From: Anaerolineales bacterium
Lineage (GTDB): Bacteria; Chloroflexota; Anaerolineae; Anaerolineales; Villigracilaceae
Length of the DNA: 64,000 bases
Assembly (NCBI GenBank): GCA_034434495.1
Contig: DAOTZE010000034.1
Span: 14,032 to 78,031 of the forward strand
Direction of reading: 5' to 3'
A program made the position numbers and the translations under genes. The notes under the pieces were generated by a model. It searched no databases, had not been told where the DNA came from, and was given only the letters and a program-made list of their open reading frames with translations. Of this stretch, positions 46,775 through 56,454 are shown in pieces (position 1 is the first letter of the stretch; the number at the start of each line of letters is the position of its first letter).

Positions 46775-48208
46775 TCATGCTTTCATTTTGCTCGCGTCGT
46801 GAATCGCGCTCACAATTTTGTAATAGCCAGTGCATCGGCATAAATTTCCAGTGATGGCTTGCTCAATATCGGCTTTGGTTGGGTTTGGTTTTTCTTCTAA
46901 CAATTTTGCGCCAGACATGATAAAACCCGGAATGCAGTAGCCGCATTGCACCGCGGCATGTTCAATAAATTTTTCTTGCACGGGGTGCAACCGATTCTCT
47001 TCTCCTGAGTGGCTAGGAGTAAAAGTAGACGCTAACCCTTCAATGGTCACAATATCGGCATGGTGGGCGCGCGGCGCAGGCACTAAACACGACATCACCG
47101 CTTGCCCATCTAAGAACACTGTGCAAGCGCCGCATTCGCCTTCGGCGCAACCTTCTTTTGTGCCAGTTAAGTTCACATCTTCACGCAAGAAGCGCAAGAG
47201 CGTTTTTTCGTACCCTGTATGAATTGAATACTTTTTATTATTAATGGTCGTTTCAATATTTAATTTTGGAAATTCAGATAGGGTGCGCGGTTTGGCTTCC
47301 AGCGTTTGCGCATCTAACAAAATGGGTTTTTTAGGCATTCCTGTTTCTTGTTGATTGTCGCGAATCATCGTCAAGCCGCGTTTGACGGCGACTTTGACCA
47401 TTTCGCGGCGGTAACTTGCCGAGCCGCGCACATCGTCAATTGGGCTTGCCGATTGCATGGCAAGTTCGGCGGCTTGCAAAATATTTTTCTCGGTTAATTT
47501 TTTGCCCGTTAAAAACGCTTCGGCTTGCGCGGCATGAGTAATGATGGGCGTCACCGCGCCAAGCGTGATAGACGCCGATTTGACAGTGTCGGCTTTGAAA
47601 TCGAGAAGAAGCGCGACATCTACCAAAGAAATTGCCTGCGCGCGCCGCAGCGCTAGTTTGATGAATGCGCCGCGCTGCGATTTTTTCATTGCGGGGAAAG
47701 AAATATCCACCAACATTTCATCCGCTTGCATAACGTTTTTACGCACGCCCGTATAAAACGCTTTAAGCGGAATTGTTCTTTCGCCGTTTTTTGAAAGCAA
47801 CCGAACGCTTGCGCCAAGCGCCATTAAGGGCGTAATGGTGTCGTTGGCGGGCGAGCCTGTAATTAAATTGCCCGCAATTGTGCCGCGATTACGAATTTGC
47901 GGCGCGCCCACCTCCCATGCCGCGCGCGCCAATGGATAAGCGCGTCTGCGAATCAAACGATTGGAGGCGCAATCGTTATGCGTAACCAGCGCGCCGAGAT
48001 GAATCGCATCGTCTTCGTCTATCGTTATTTTTTTTAATTCAGAAATTCTGCTTACGTCAATTAACGTTTCTACCCCTGTGCGCACGCCGCGTTCAAGTTC
48101 AAGAATCAAATCGGTGCCGCCGGCAATAACGCGCGCGCGCTCGCGTTTTTCAGCGAGGATTTGAATTACCTCGTCAACAGAGGTTGCGTTGATATATTCA
48201 TGCCACAT
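46775..48208 (-). CDS. XDH-family FAD-binding subunit fused to a [2Fe-2S] subunit
   Basis: N-terminal CoxM/XdhB-like FAD domain (AGGTDL, RNRGTIAGNL). The C-terminal 2Fe-2S domain has GCAEGECGACTV and CRCTGY. Confidence 0.85.
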   Translation of the reverse strand: MWHEYINATSVDEVIQILAEKRERARVIAGGTDLILELERGVRTGVETLIDVSRISELKKITIDEDDAIHLGALVTHNDCASNRLIRRRAYPLARAAWEVGAPQIRNRGTIAGNLITGSPANDTITPLMALGASVRLLSKNGERTIPLKAFYTGVRKNVMQADEMLVDISFPAMKKSQRGAFIKLALRRAQAISLVDVALLLDFKADTVKSASITLGAVTPIITHAAQAEAFLTGKKLTEKNILQAAELAMQSASPIDDVRGSASYRREMVKVAVKRGLTMIRDNQQETGMPKKPILLDAQTLEAKPRTLSEFPKLNIETTINNKKYSIHTGYEKTLLRFLREDVNLTGTKEGCAEGECGACTVFLDGQAVMSCLVPAPRAHHADIVTIEGLASTFTPSHSGEENRLHPVQEKFIEHAAVQCGYCIPGFIMSGAKLLEEKPNPTKADIEQAITGNLCRCTGYYKIVSAIHDASKMKA

Positions 48209-48220
48209 ATTGTTTGAAAA

Positions 48221-48262
48221 CCGACTGCCGACCGCCGAACAATATCGCTCGTCGGCAGTCGG
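48221..48262 (-). terminator. 12-bp hairpin downstream of the 48275-48793 gene
   Basis: CCGACTGCCGAC (48221-48232) pairs with GTCGGCAGTCGG (48251-48262). On the minus strand the stem is followed by TTTTC. It is also heptamer-periodic (GACTGCC GACCGCC). Confidence 0.5.
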
Positions 48263-48274
48263 CGGTTCAATGTC

Positions 48275-48793
48275 TTAACTTCCCGTCACAACTTCCGAGC
48301 GGCGGTCAAACGTTTCCACAGCCAAACGCGCTACGGAGGTTAAATTACGAATCACGGCAGGCAAAGCTTCTTCATCGCTTAGGCTGGCTTCTAAATTATC
48401 TACGCCGCTTTTTACTTGTTCGGCTAAATCAAAAAAGGCGGCGTCAAATTGATAAATTTTTTCCAACTCGGCTTCGTTGATTTTAACGGCGTCAAACAAC
48501 CCTGAATATCCGCGCGCCGCGGCGCTAATTTTGTCAATGAATGTGCGTAAAGCCACTGCCGCTTTTTCCACATCATCCACATACTTAATCATGCCGGCGC
48601 TCACAAGTTCGGTTTGCAAGTTAGAAACGCGCTTCCATTGTTCTTCAAAACGGCGCGCCACCGTTTCTCGCAAGAGGGCGTCTGCATCGCGGCGATTTTG
48701 CCGTTCAACATATCCGCTAAAGCCTGGAATATACGAAGCCAGTTTCTTAAACGGGTCAACCTGATTGCTTACTTTTTCAAAAAAATCGCTCAT
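48275..48793 (-). CDS. Hypothetical all-helical protein
   Basis: 172-aa ORF with no recognised motif. Confidence 0.5.
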   Translation of the reverse strand: MSDFFEKVSNQVDPFKKLASYIPGFSGYVERQNRRDADALLRETVARRFEEQWKRVSNLQTELVSAGMIKYVDDVEKAAVALRTFIDKISAAARGYSGLFDAVKINEAELEKIYQFDAAFFDLAEQVKSGVDNLEASLSDEEALPAVIRNLTSVARLAVETFDRRSEVVTGS

Positions 48794-48906
48794 GGGAGCC
48801 TCCTGCCAAAGATATACGCTATTTTTTTCAATTTGTTTCGCGCTTGCAATTATATCGTTTAATTCAAGATATAATCAAGTTGATACGATATATTGAGGAG
48901 AATCAA

Positions 48907-50325
48907 ATGTCAAACCACATCAACGAATTAATCGCGCTGGTTGAAAACAGCATATCCGTAGAAGGGACAAGCGTAAAAGTTTTAGACGCAAATACATTTC
49001 GGAAACATGTCGGCAAACTGGTAGAACGCTCGGCGCTCGCTTCAGACTTAACTTCAGGCTGGGCGCGTTACCTCATCCGCTGCGCCGCCTTAGAGTTGGG
49101 CGTTATCCCCGCGTCTATTCACGACTTATACATGGCGCGTGGGCGCGGCGATGCGCCAATGACTTTTACAACGCCAGCGTTTAACTTGCGGGCATTGTCT
49201 TATCATGCCGCGCGGGCAATGTTCCGCGCCGCAAATAAAATTAACGCGGGCGCGTTTATTTTTGAAATTGCCCGCTCCGAAATTGGCTACACCGCCCAGC
49301 GCCCAGCCGAATATGCCGCGAACATCATCGCCGCCGCCATTGCCGAAGGGTTTGTGGGTCCCGTCTTTATTCAAGGCGACCATTTTCAAGTTTCTGCGAA
49401 AAAATATCAAGCAAACCCTGAAGCCGAATTAAAAGCGGTTCAAGACTTAACGCTCGAAGCCATTGCCGCAGGTTTTTATAATATTGACGTGGACACTTCG
49501 ACTTTAGTGGATATTAGCAAACCGACTATTCCAGAGCAACAAGTTTTGAATTACCAACTCTCGGCGCGCCTTTCGGCGTTTATCCGCGAGCATGAGCCAA
49601 ACGGCGTGACAATTTCCATCGGCGGAGAAATTGGCGAGGTAGGAGGACATAATTCTAACGAACACGAACTCCGCGCCTATATGGACGGCTACAACGCCGA
49701 ATTGAAAAAACTCGCTCCCAACAAAGCGGGGCTAAGCAAAATTTCAATTCAAACAGGCACATCGCATGGCGGCACTGTCTTACCAGACGGTTCTCTTGCT
49801 GAAGTGACGATTGCCTTTGATGTGCTGCGAGATTTAAGCCGCATTGCTCGAAAAGAATACGGCATGGGCGGCACAGTGCAGCATGGGGCTTCTACTTTGC
49901 CAGAAGAAAACTTTAACCAATTTGTGCAACACGAAGCGATTGAAGTGCATTTGGCGACAAACTTTACAACGATGTTTTTTGATAATGTCCCTGCAGACTT
50001 TAGAAAAGAAATGTACGCTTGGTTAGACGAAAATTTCGCTAACGAGCGAAAACCCGGCATGACAGACGAACAGTTTTATTACAAAGTGAGAAAGAATGCG
50101 GTGGGACCGTTCAAAGCCAAATCATACGCATTGCCAGAAAGCGAAAAAGAAAAATTAGGCAAAGCGTGGGAAGTGCAATTTGATAAATTGTTTAATCTGC
50201 TAGGCGTGAAAGATACGAAAAAATACGTCGAGCAGTTTGTTAAACCCGTAAAAGTTCAGCCTAACCTTTCGGATTATGTGGCGGGCGAAGCGCAAGCGGA
50301 AGATGTGAGCGATTTAGCGGATTGA
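48907..50325 (+). CDS. Class II (metal-dependent) ketose-bisphosphate aldolase-family protein, long form
   Basis: FNLRAL, IQGDHF and QTGTSHGG motifs parallel the class II FBA motifs (FN, DH, TSHG). The ATG at 48907 is preceded by GAGGAG. Confidence 0.6.
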   Translation: MSNHINELIALVENSISVEGTSVKVLDANTFRKHVGKLVERSALASDLTSGWARYLIRCAALELGVIPASIHDLYMARGRGDAPMTFTTPAFNLRALSYHAARAMFRAANKINAGAFIFEIARSEIGYTAQRPAEYAANIIAAAIAEGFVGPVFIQGDHFQVSAKKYQANPEAELKAVQDLTLEAIAAGFYNIDVDTSTLVDISKPTIPEQQVLNYQLSARLSAFIREHEPNGVTISIGGEIGEVGGHNSNEHELRAYMDGYNAELKKLAPNKAGLSKISIQTGTSHGGTVLPDGSLAEVTIAFDVLRDLSRIARKEYGMGGTVQHGASTLPEENFNQFVQHEAIEVHLATNFTTMFFDNVPADFRKEMYAWLDENFANERKPGMTDEQFYYKVRKNAVGPFKAKSYALPESEKEKLGKAWEVQFDKLFNLLGVKDTKKYVEQFVKPVKVQPNLSDYVAGEAQAEDVSDLAD

Positions 50326-50339
50326 TTGAAACGAAATCC

Positions 50340-50858
50340 ATGCCGCAATCGGAGCAGTTTTCAAACAATAACCGCTATATGATAATTCCCCGCGTTTTGA
50401 TTTTTATCAGGCGCGGGGATGAGTATTTGCTAATAAAAGGCGCGCCGGCAAAAAAATTATGGGCGGGAAAATATAACGGCTTGGGAGGGCATATTGAGAA
50501 AGGGGAAGACGCCCTTTCTGCCGCAAGAAGAGAATTGCTTGAAGAAGCGGGCATCCGCGCTGATTTGTGGTTATGCGGAACGGCAATGGTGGACGCGGGC
50601 GAAGTTGGAATTGGTTTGTTTGTCTTTTGCGGAGAAAACGCTCAGGGCGAAATTAAAGAGTCGAACGAAGGCAGAGCAGAATGGGTTAAGAAAGAAGCGT
50701 TGAGTCGTTTGCCAACCGTTGAAGATTTGCCCATCCTATTAAATAAAATTCATGCCATGAAGCAAAACGACCCGCCGTTTTCGGCAAGGTCGTTTTATGA
50801 AGGCGATACATTGAAAGTTATCTTTGCCGCCGAGGGCGAGGCAAAAGCGCCCGATTAG
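50340..50858 (+). CDS. NUDIX hydrolase
   Basis: Nudix box GGHIEKGEDALSAARRELLEEAGI. Confidence 0.85.
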   Translation: MPQSEQFSNNNRYMIIPRVLIFIRRGDEYLLIKGAPAKKLWAGKYNGLGGHIEKGEDALSAARRELLEEAGIRADLWLCGTAMVDAGEVGIGLFVFCGENAQGEIKESNEGRAEWVKKEALSRLPTVEDLPILLNKIHAMKQNDPPFSARSFYEGDTLKVIFAAEGEAKAPD

Positions 50859-51646
50859 GGGACGCTATACGATTGCAGTTCGGTTGTGAGGGTAAACGGC
50901 GAGCCGCCAAAATCGGAATTGCTGATGGATTTTACTTGCCCCACGCCGGGCGCATACCAAGTGATGGTTGAGCCTGTAATCTTCATAGGCACTTGAATGC
51001 CTTGAAATTCGCCAATGATGTCGAGGGTGGTGGCAGCTTGAATTTTGACGGTTTCAAATGTGCCTGCAGGAACGGTAATCGTTTCGCCGCCCATCTCTTG
51101 CATGGTGGCGCTAAACGTGCCGCTGGATTTGGTTTGCGAGCCGTCGGGCATTGTGGTTCCGCCTTCGAGCGTGAGGCTATATAGCCATTGCATTCCCGGC
51201 ACAATTTCTTTTGGCAATGTAATGCCGCTCACTTCAAGCGTGGTGAAAGAAATATCCATACCTGCGGTGGAAATAACCGCCGTGGCGCCGCCGCCGTATT
51301 CCAGCGCTTTCAATCCGCCTGTTTCACATACCCATTGTTGCGTGCGGGTTAATCCTTCAAACGTTGTAGTGAGCGTGAAACCATCGGGGCGGGCTTCGGT
51401 GATAGTGTCTGTGTAAGTAAAATCGCCGCTAGGTCCGCCTGTGTTGAAATATGTCCATGTGGCGTTTTGTTTGACGGGGTAAAGCGGATTATCGCACAAG
51501 CCTTCGATGACCGCCGCTTCTGTCGCTACGGGGGTAGATGAATCTACAGGGGGAGCATTTTCTACGGGGCTGGTTAAATTGCAAGCAAGCGAAACGATTA
51601 ACAGTACGCTAAAGGCAAAATGTTTTTTGACGGACAGATTAAGCAT
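50855..51646 (-). CDS. Hypothetical secreted lipoprotein
   Basis: Signal peptide with a lipobox (LLIVSLAC); beta-rich, Thr/Gly-rich mature part. Confidence 0.55.
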   Translation of the reverse strand: MLNLSVKKHFAFSVLLIVSLACNLTSPVENAPPVDSSTPVATEAAVIEGLCDNPLYPVKQNATWTYFNTGGPSGDFTYTDTITEARPDGFTLTTTFEGLTRTQQWVCETGGLKALEYGGGATAVISTAGMDISFTTLEVSGITLPKEIVPGMQWLYSLTLEGGTTMPDGSQTKSSGTFSATMQEMGGETITVPAGTFETVKIQAATTLDIIGEFQGIQVPMKITGSTITWYAPGVGQVKSISNSDFGGSPFTLTTELQSYSVP

Positions 51647-51682
51647 GAATGGCTCTCCATGTAAGAAATTTGTAGAGAAATT

Positions 51683-52894
51683 TTATTTCCATTTCAACAA
51701 TGAAATTGTAAAGACGCTTCCCTTGCCCACTTCGCTTTCCACTTCGATATTGCCGCGATGCTGTTGTATGACTTGGCGGGTAATCGAAAGCCCAATGCCT
51801 AAACCGCTATACAGTTCCTCATCGTCGTTCAATTTATCGGTATGAAAGAAGCGGTCAAAAATGCGCGTGCGAATTTCGGGAGCAATGCCTATGCCGTTAT
51901 CTTGCACAATCACTTGAACATGGCTGGCGTCTTCTGTGAGGCGCACCTCCACTGCACCGTTGGGCGGGCTAAATTTAATTGCATTATCCACCAAAGCGGT
52001 TACGGCGCGTTCTAAAGAAGGCGCGTCTCCTTGCACAGGCGAAACGCTCATATTACCTTTGGCTCTCAAAGAAACGTTGCGCGATTTTGCTTTACTTTCG
52101 TATTTATGCAAAACGTTGTCAACAATTGTTTTCATATCCACCGCTTGAAAATCGGGTAAGACCAAATCCATTTCTTGTAAAAACAAAATATCGTTGGTGA
52201 GGTTGACAATTTGGTCTACGTTGCGGCTGATAGTTTCAATTGTGGAATTTAATTGTTCGCCTGAAAGCATTCCTTTTTTTAGCGCGTGTAAATACCCGCT
52301 TGCCACCATAAGCGGCGTGCGTAATTCGTGAGCGATGTTGGTTAAAAATTCTCGGCGGGCTAAATCTTGTTCGGCAAGTTTTTGATATGCGTCCGCAAGT
52401 TCTGAGGCGCGTAATCTTAAATCTTCAATAGCGAGCGCGTCGTTTTGCCGCAGGCGGTTGCTGATTTCCGCCACCATAGCCATAGCCACGCTTGGGCTTC
52501 GCTTCAGAACTCGGTCGAAGCCTGTTTTGTTTAATTCAAGCACGACCGCGCTTGTGAGCGATTTGACCGTTGCCGCGCGCGGGGCGTTGTGAATCAATGC
52601 CATTTCGCCGAAAAAATCTCCAGCAGATAAAGTTTTTAGTAATCGTTTTTCGGTTTTATTGATGAGTTTTGTAACTTCAAAATCCCCTTCCAAAATCATG
52701 TAAAAGGTATGTTCAATGGCGTCTTCTCTACATAAAACCGTTTCGGCAGGATATGATTTGATTTGGCTATTAATAATGATTTCCTGCACTTCGTCTGGTT
52801 TAATGCCGGGAAAAGCGCGGGGGATAATACGAGCGGGCGTGCGGATGGTGGTCATTTTCGAGATTGTATCATGTGAGGCAAAAAAGGTTTTCAC
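51683..52894 (-). CDS. Cyclic-nucleotide-binding domain histidine kinase
   Basis: cNMP-binding motif (FFGEMALI..PRAATV), H-box IAHELRTPL, and the HATPase motifs DNGIGI and GLGIGLSI. Confidence 0.85.
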   Translation of the reverse strand: MKTFFASHDTISKMTTIRTPARIIPRAFPGIKPDEVQEIIINSQIKSYPAETVLCREDAIEHTFYMILEGDFEVTKLINKTEKRLLKTLSAGDFFGEMALIHNAPRAATVKSLTSAVVLELNKTGFDRVLKRSPSVAMAMVAEISNRLRQNDALAIEDLRLRASELADAYQKLAEQDLARREFLTNIAHELRTPLMVASGYLHALKKGMLSGEQLNSTIETISRNVDQIVNLTNDILFLQEMDLVLPDFQAVDMKTIVDNVLHKYESKAKSRNVSLRAKGNMSVSPVQGDAPSLERAVTALVDNAIKFSPPNGAVEVRLTEDASHVQVIVQDNGIGIAPEIRTRIFDRFFHTDKLNDDEELYSGLGIGLSITRQVIQQHRGNIEVESEVGKGSVFTISLLKWK

Positions 52895-53055
52895 CCATTT
52901 GGACTATTGAAGCGCGCGAGAAACAAAAACAATTTCTTGCATAGTCATTTTTTTAAGTTGTTCATAGCGCTCCAAAATATAACCGCCCCACAGGCATCCA
53001 TCTATGATAACTCGACGAAACCTGCGAGGCGATTATGAAAACGCGCTAGGCGCGC

Positions 53056-53406
53056 CTATGCGTACATGCCCCAATCTAACGCAGAGGGGTCTTCCATCAT
53101 AGAGAAGTCCCACATTTCCATGCCCATTTCAATTGTGACGGGCATATTCAAACCTTCTATAGCTTTGGCTTTGGTCATCTCAATCATGGCGGGACCGTAC
53201 GGGCAGAATGGCGTGGTGAGAATCATTTTAATGCGCGCCATGTTGTTTTCAATTTGAATATCGCGAATCAAGCCTAACTGAATAATAGTCATGCCTATTT
53301 CAGGGTCAACGACTTCGCCAAGTTTTTCGCGCGCCGGTTTGACGAGTTCTGGATGCGTGGAGTGAATCGTCCACTGAATTTCTTTGACTTCCGATTCTTC
53401 GCTCAT
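53056..53406 (-). CDS. DUF59 / SufT-like Fe-S assembly protein
   Basis: 116 aa with LGEVVDPEIGMTIIQLGLI and the conserved TTPFCP Cys motif. Confidence 0.75.
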   Translation of the reverse strand: MSEESEVKEIQWTIHSTHPELVKPAREKLGEVVDPEIGMTIIQLGLIRDIQIENNMARIKMILTTPFCPYGPAMIEMTKAKAIEGLNMPVTIEMGMEMWDFSMMEDPSALDWGMYA

Positions 53407-53416
53407 AGTTCCTCTT

Positions 53417-54043
53417 TTACTTGTTTTTTACATTTGCTTGTTTGACGACATAAGTGCAATGGCTGTTACCGTCTAAAATACATTGCACTTTATTCACGGG
53501 CAACGCCAGCATTTTGGAGATTAAAGTTTGGTCAACGGTGCAGATCTCAGGGTGGGCGATGCCAATTTGATAATAGGGGCAAGAAATTTCATGAATCTGA
53601 TAGGAGTCGTCTTTTTTTTCCCATTCCACCGTGAAACCTTCTTGCGCCAGCAAATCTTTGACGAGGTCTAAGCGGGCTTCCATACTCAAGCCTTTTACGT
53701 CGTTGGCATATTGGCTTGCTAAGTCTTCTGCAATTTGCCCAAAGAGCGCGCTGACCGTTTCTGCGGGCATAGATTCCTTCATTTGGGCAATCAGGCGTTT
53801 GGTTAATTGTAAATACCGAGTGGGGAATTGCTCCATGCCTTCGTTGGTTAAGACATACACTAAGCGGGGTCTCCCAACTCCGTGCCGCTCTTCTTGCGCC
53901 TCAACTAAGCCTTCCATTTGCAAGTTGGTGAGGTGGTGCCGCACAGAAATTGGGTTAATGCCCACCGCCTCCGCTAAATCGTTGATAGTTGATTTTGGTT
54001 TTTTGAGTAGCGTTTGTAAAATTTTATTGCGCGTGGCGTTCAT
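53417..54043 (-). CDS. wHTH transcriptional regulator with C-terminal Cys cluster (SufR-like)
   Basis: ArsR/DeoR-type wHTH (TINDLAEAVGINPISVRHHLTNLQMEGLV). The C-terminus has C-x12-C-x19-C-x7-C (CPYYQIGIAHPEIC...C...C). The likely ATG (MNATRNK) is at 54043. Confidence 0.5.
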   Translation of the reverse strand: MNATRNKILQTLLKKPKSTINDLAEAVGINPISVRHHLTNLQMEGLVEAQEERHGVGRPRLVYVLTNEGMEQFPTRYLQLTKRLIAQMKESMPAETVSALFGQIAEDLASQYANDVKGLSMEARLDLVKDLLAQEGFTVEWEKKDDSYQIHEISCPYYQIGIAHPEICTVDQTLISKMLALPVNKVQCILDGNSHCTYVVKQANVKNK

Positions 54044-54114
54044 GCAAGGGAGTATAACGGGGCAAAAGAGGAATGTCAATATACTAGATAATTATGATAA
54101 AAATTTTCATCACA

Positions 54115-54140
54115 AAAGACTCCTCGAGTGAGGAGTCTTT
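54115..54140 (-). terminator. Hairpin downstream of tRNA-Gln
   Basis: AAAGACTCCTC gagt GAGGAGTCTTT is an 11-bp perfect stem, with T-rich sequence following on the minus strand. Confidence 0.55.
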
Positions 54141-54146
54141 CGTGTG

Positions 54147-54217
54147 CTGGGGGCAAAGGATTCGAACCCTTACTAGCTGAGCCAGAATCAGCCGTCCTGC
54201 CATTAGACGAGCCCCCA
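54147..54217 (-). tRNA. tRNA-Gln (anticodon CUG)
   Basis: Manual cloverleaf on the reverse strand: UGGGGGC-UC-GUCU-AAUGGCA-GGAC-G-GCUGA-UUCUGGC-UCAGC-UAGU-AAGGG-UUCGAAU-CCUUU-GCCCCCA-G. It has the U1-A72 pair typical of tRNA-Gln, and no CCA is encoded. Confidence 0.85.
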
Positions 54218-54272
54218 CTGAAAAACCAGCGGGGTGTATTTTAGCACGGCAATCAGAGCGAAGCAAGCAAAA

Positions 54273-54611
54273 TCATTTTTCGCGCGCGGCGCGGCGGGCA
54301 GATTCTTCAACGTCTAAAAGGATTAGGCTGGCGTGCTGGATAAATTTAAGGGCAAAAAAGTAAACGATGCCCGGCGCGAGTTGCATAGGGTATGGCGTAA
54401 AGAAGCTTATCAAATCAAAAACAGACATGCCTTTTTGATAATACACGCCATTGAGAAATTGCGTCATAAATTGAATAAAAGAATTGACGGTCATAACGCT
54501 GTAAAAAACAAGGACCGCCCAAGCAAAAACGCCCGCCCAATAAGAAAATTTAAGGACGGCGTCTTTGTTAAAATAAGTGGCGTAGAAATTGTCTCGTTTT
54601 TCTTGCATTTT
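54273..54611 (-). CDS. Small hypothetical membrane protein
   Basis: The ATG at 54611 (MQEKRDNFY) is preceded by AAGGAG. There are 3 hydrophobic helices. The longer track ORF is an over-extension. Confidence 0.5.
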   Translation of the reverse strand, partial: KMQEKRDNFYATYFNKDAVLKFSYWAGVFAWAVLVFYSVMTVNSFIQFMTQFLNGVYYQKGMSVFDLISFFTPYPMQLAPGIVYFFALKFIQHASLILLDVEESARRAAREK

Positions 54612-54774
54612 AGATTCTCCTTTTAGGGGTTCTTCAGTCGCTATCGCTCCCTCAGAATGACATGCAACCATATTATAATTCAGCGACGCTTGAAACGCGG
54701 CAAACGTTCTATGAAGCGAAATCAATAATCCCCGAAGTTTGAAGCGGGTTTATATCAAAAAATAATGAAGGTAT

Positions 54775-56454
54775 ATGAATCGAATGAGCGACGAAGAAAA
54801 CAAACCGACAGATTTTATCCGTGAAGCGGTAAAAGAAGATTTGAAAAGCGGGCGCTTCAATTATGTGCGCACGCGCCTGCCCCCTGAGCCAAACGGGTAT
54901 TTGCACATTGGGCATGTGAAGGCTTTTATGATTGACTATCTCGTTGCGAAGGAAAACGGCGGCGAGTTAATTTTACGCTTTGACGATACGAACCCGACAA
55001 AAGAAGAAACTGAATTTGTTGAAGCTATTGAAGAAGATGCGCGTTGGCTTGGCATTGAATGGTCGAAGGTGACGTTCGCTTCTGATTATTTTGATTTGTT
55101 GTATGAGTGGGCAAAAAAATTGGTGCGCGACGGCAAGGCGTATGTGGACGACCAAACGCCTGAAGAAGTGAGCAAAAATCGCGGCACACTTACGGAGCCC
55201 GGGAAAAACTCCCCCTACCGCGATAGAAGCGTGGAAGAAAATTTGGACTTGCTGGAACGCATGAAGAACGGTGAGTTCCCAAATGGCACGCGGATTTTAC
55301 GCGCAAAAATTGACATGGCGCATCCAAACATCAATATGCGCGACCCGGCAATGTATCGCATTTTGCACGAGCCGCACCATCGCACGGGCGACAAATGGAA
55401 AATTTATCCTTTGTATGATTGGTCGCACGGGCAAAACGATTCAATGGAAGGCATCACGCATTCTTTGTGTTCATTGGAGTATGAGAATCATCGCCCGTTG
55501 TACGAATGGTTTTTAGACCAATTGGGCGTGTTCAAACCGCGTCAAATTGAATTTTCGCGTTTGAATATGAATTACACAGTGATGAGCAAACGCAAGTTGC
55601 GAAAACTTGTGGAAGAGAATCTCGTTCACGGTTGGGATGACCCGCGTATGCCAACGCTTCGCGCCATGCGCCGACGCGGGTACACCCCTGAAGCGATTCT
55701 AGACTTCATCAGCCGCGTGGGCGTGGCAAAGACGAACAGCGTAACCGATGTGGCGCTGCTTGAAGCGTGTGTGCGCGATGATTTGAATAAACGCGCCTTA
55801 CGCCGCATGGCTGTGATTCGTCCGCTTAAAGTGGTGATTGATAATTACCCCGATGATTTAGTGGAAGAGATGGACGCGGTGAATAACCCAGAAGATGAAA
55901 ATGCTGGCACGCGCAAAGTTCCCTTCTCAAAAGTCATTTACATTGAACAAGACGACTTCCGTGAAACGCCGCCGCCGAAATATTATCGTCTGTTCCCCGG
56001 CAATGAAGTGCGTTTGAGGTATGCCTATTACATCAAATGTACGCATGTCGTCAAAAATGAACGCGGAGAAATTGTTGAGGTTCACGCCACCTATGACCCT
56101 GAGTCACGAGGCGGTAGTTCACCCGATGGACGAAAGGTCAAATCTACCATTCATTGGGTTTCGGCAAAACACGCCAAAGAGGCGGAAATCCGCATGTATG
56201 ACAGGCTCTTTACAAAAGAAGACCCTGAAGAAGGCGAAGAAGGATTCTTGAATTGTTTGAATCCAAATTCTTTAGAAATTTTGAATGGGTTTGTAGAACC
56301 GTCGCTGGCTTCGGCGGAAGTCGGCTCTCGCTTCCAATTTGAACGTCTCGGCTATTTCTGCGCGGATAAAGATTCGACGAAAGAAAAGCCTGTGTTTAAT
56401 TTGACGGTCAATTTGAAAGATACTTGGTCAAAGGTTGAGAAAAAGAGCGGTTGA
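54775..56454 (+). CDS. glnS: Glutamine--tRNA ligase
   Basis: 559 aa with HIGH motif [16 protein letters not shown]-type VMSKRK, and a C-terminal anticodon-binding beta-barrel region of GlnRS length. Confidence 0.9.
   Translation: MNRMSDEENKPTDFIREAVKEDLKSGRFNYVRTRLPPEPNGYLHIGHVKAFMIDYLVAKENGGELILRFDDTNPTKEETEFVEAIEEDARWLGIEWSKVTFASDYFDLLYEWAKKLVRDGKAYVDDQTPEEVSKNRGTLTEPGKNSPYRDRSVEENLDLLERMKNGEFPNGTRILRAKIDMAHPNINMRDPAMYRILHEPHHRTGDKWKIYPLYDWSHGQNDSMEGITHSLCSLEYENHRPLYEWFLDQLGVFKPRQIEFSRLNMNYTVMSKRKLRKLVEENLVHGWDDPRMPTLRAMRRRGYTPEAILDFISRVGVAKTNSVTDVALLEACVRDDLNKRALRRMAVIRPLKVVIDNYPDDLVEEMDAVNNPEDENAGTRKVPFSKVIYIEQDDFRETPPPKYYRLFPGNEVRLRYAYYIKCTHVVKNERGEIVEVHATYDPESRGGSSPDGRKVKSTIHWVSAKHAKEAEIRMYDRLFTKEDPEEGEEGFLNCLNPNSLEILNGFVEPSLASAEVGSRFQFERLGYFCADKDSTKEKPVFNLTVNLKDTWSKVEKKSG

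Noticed and set aside
54084-54266. 60-aa minus-strand ORF.
   Set aside because: It overlaps the tRNA-Gln gene and its terminator hairpin. The tRNA cloverleaf explains the sequence.
53995-54300. Possible integrated element at the tRNA-Gln gene.
   Set aside because: No integrase gene and no direct repeat of the tRNA 3' end were seen nearby. The flanking genes look like ordinary housekeeping or regulatory genes.
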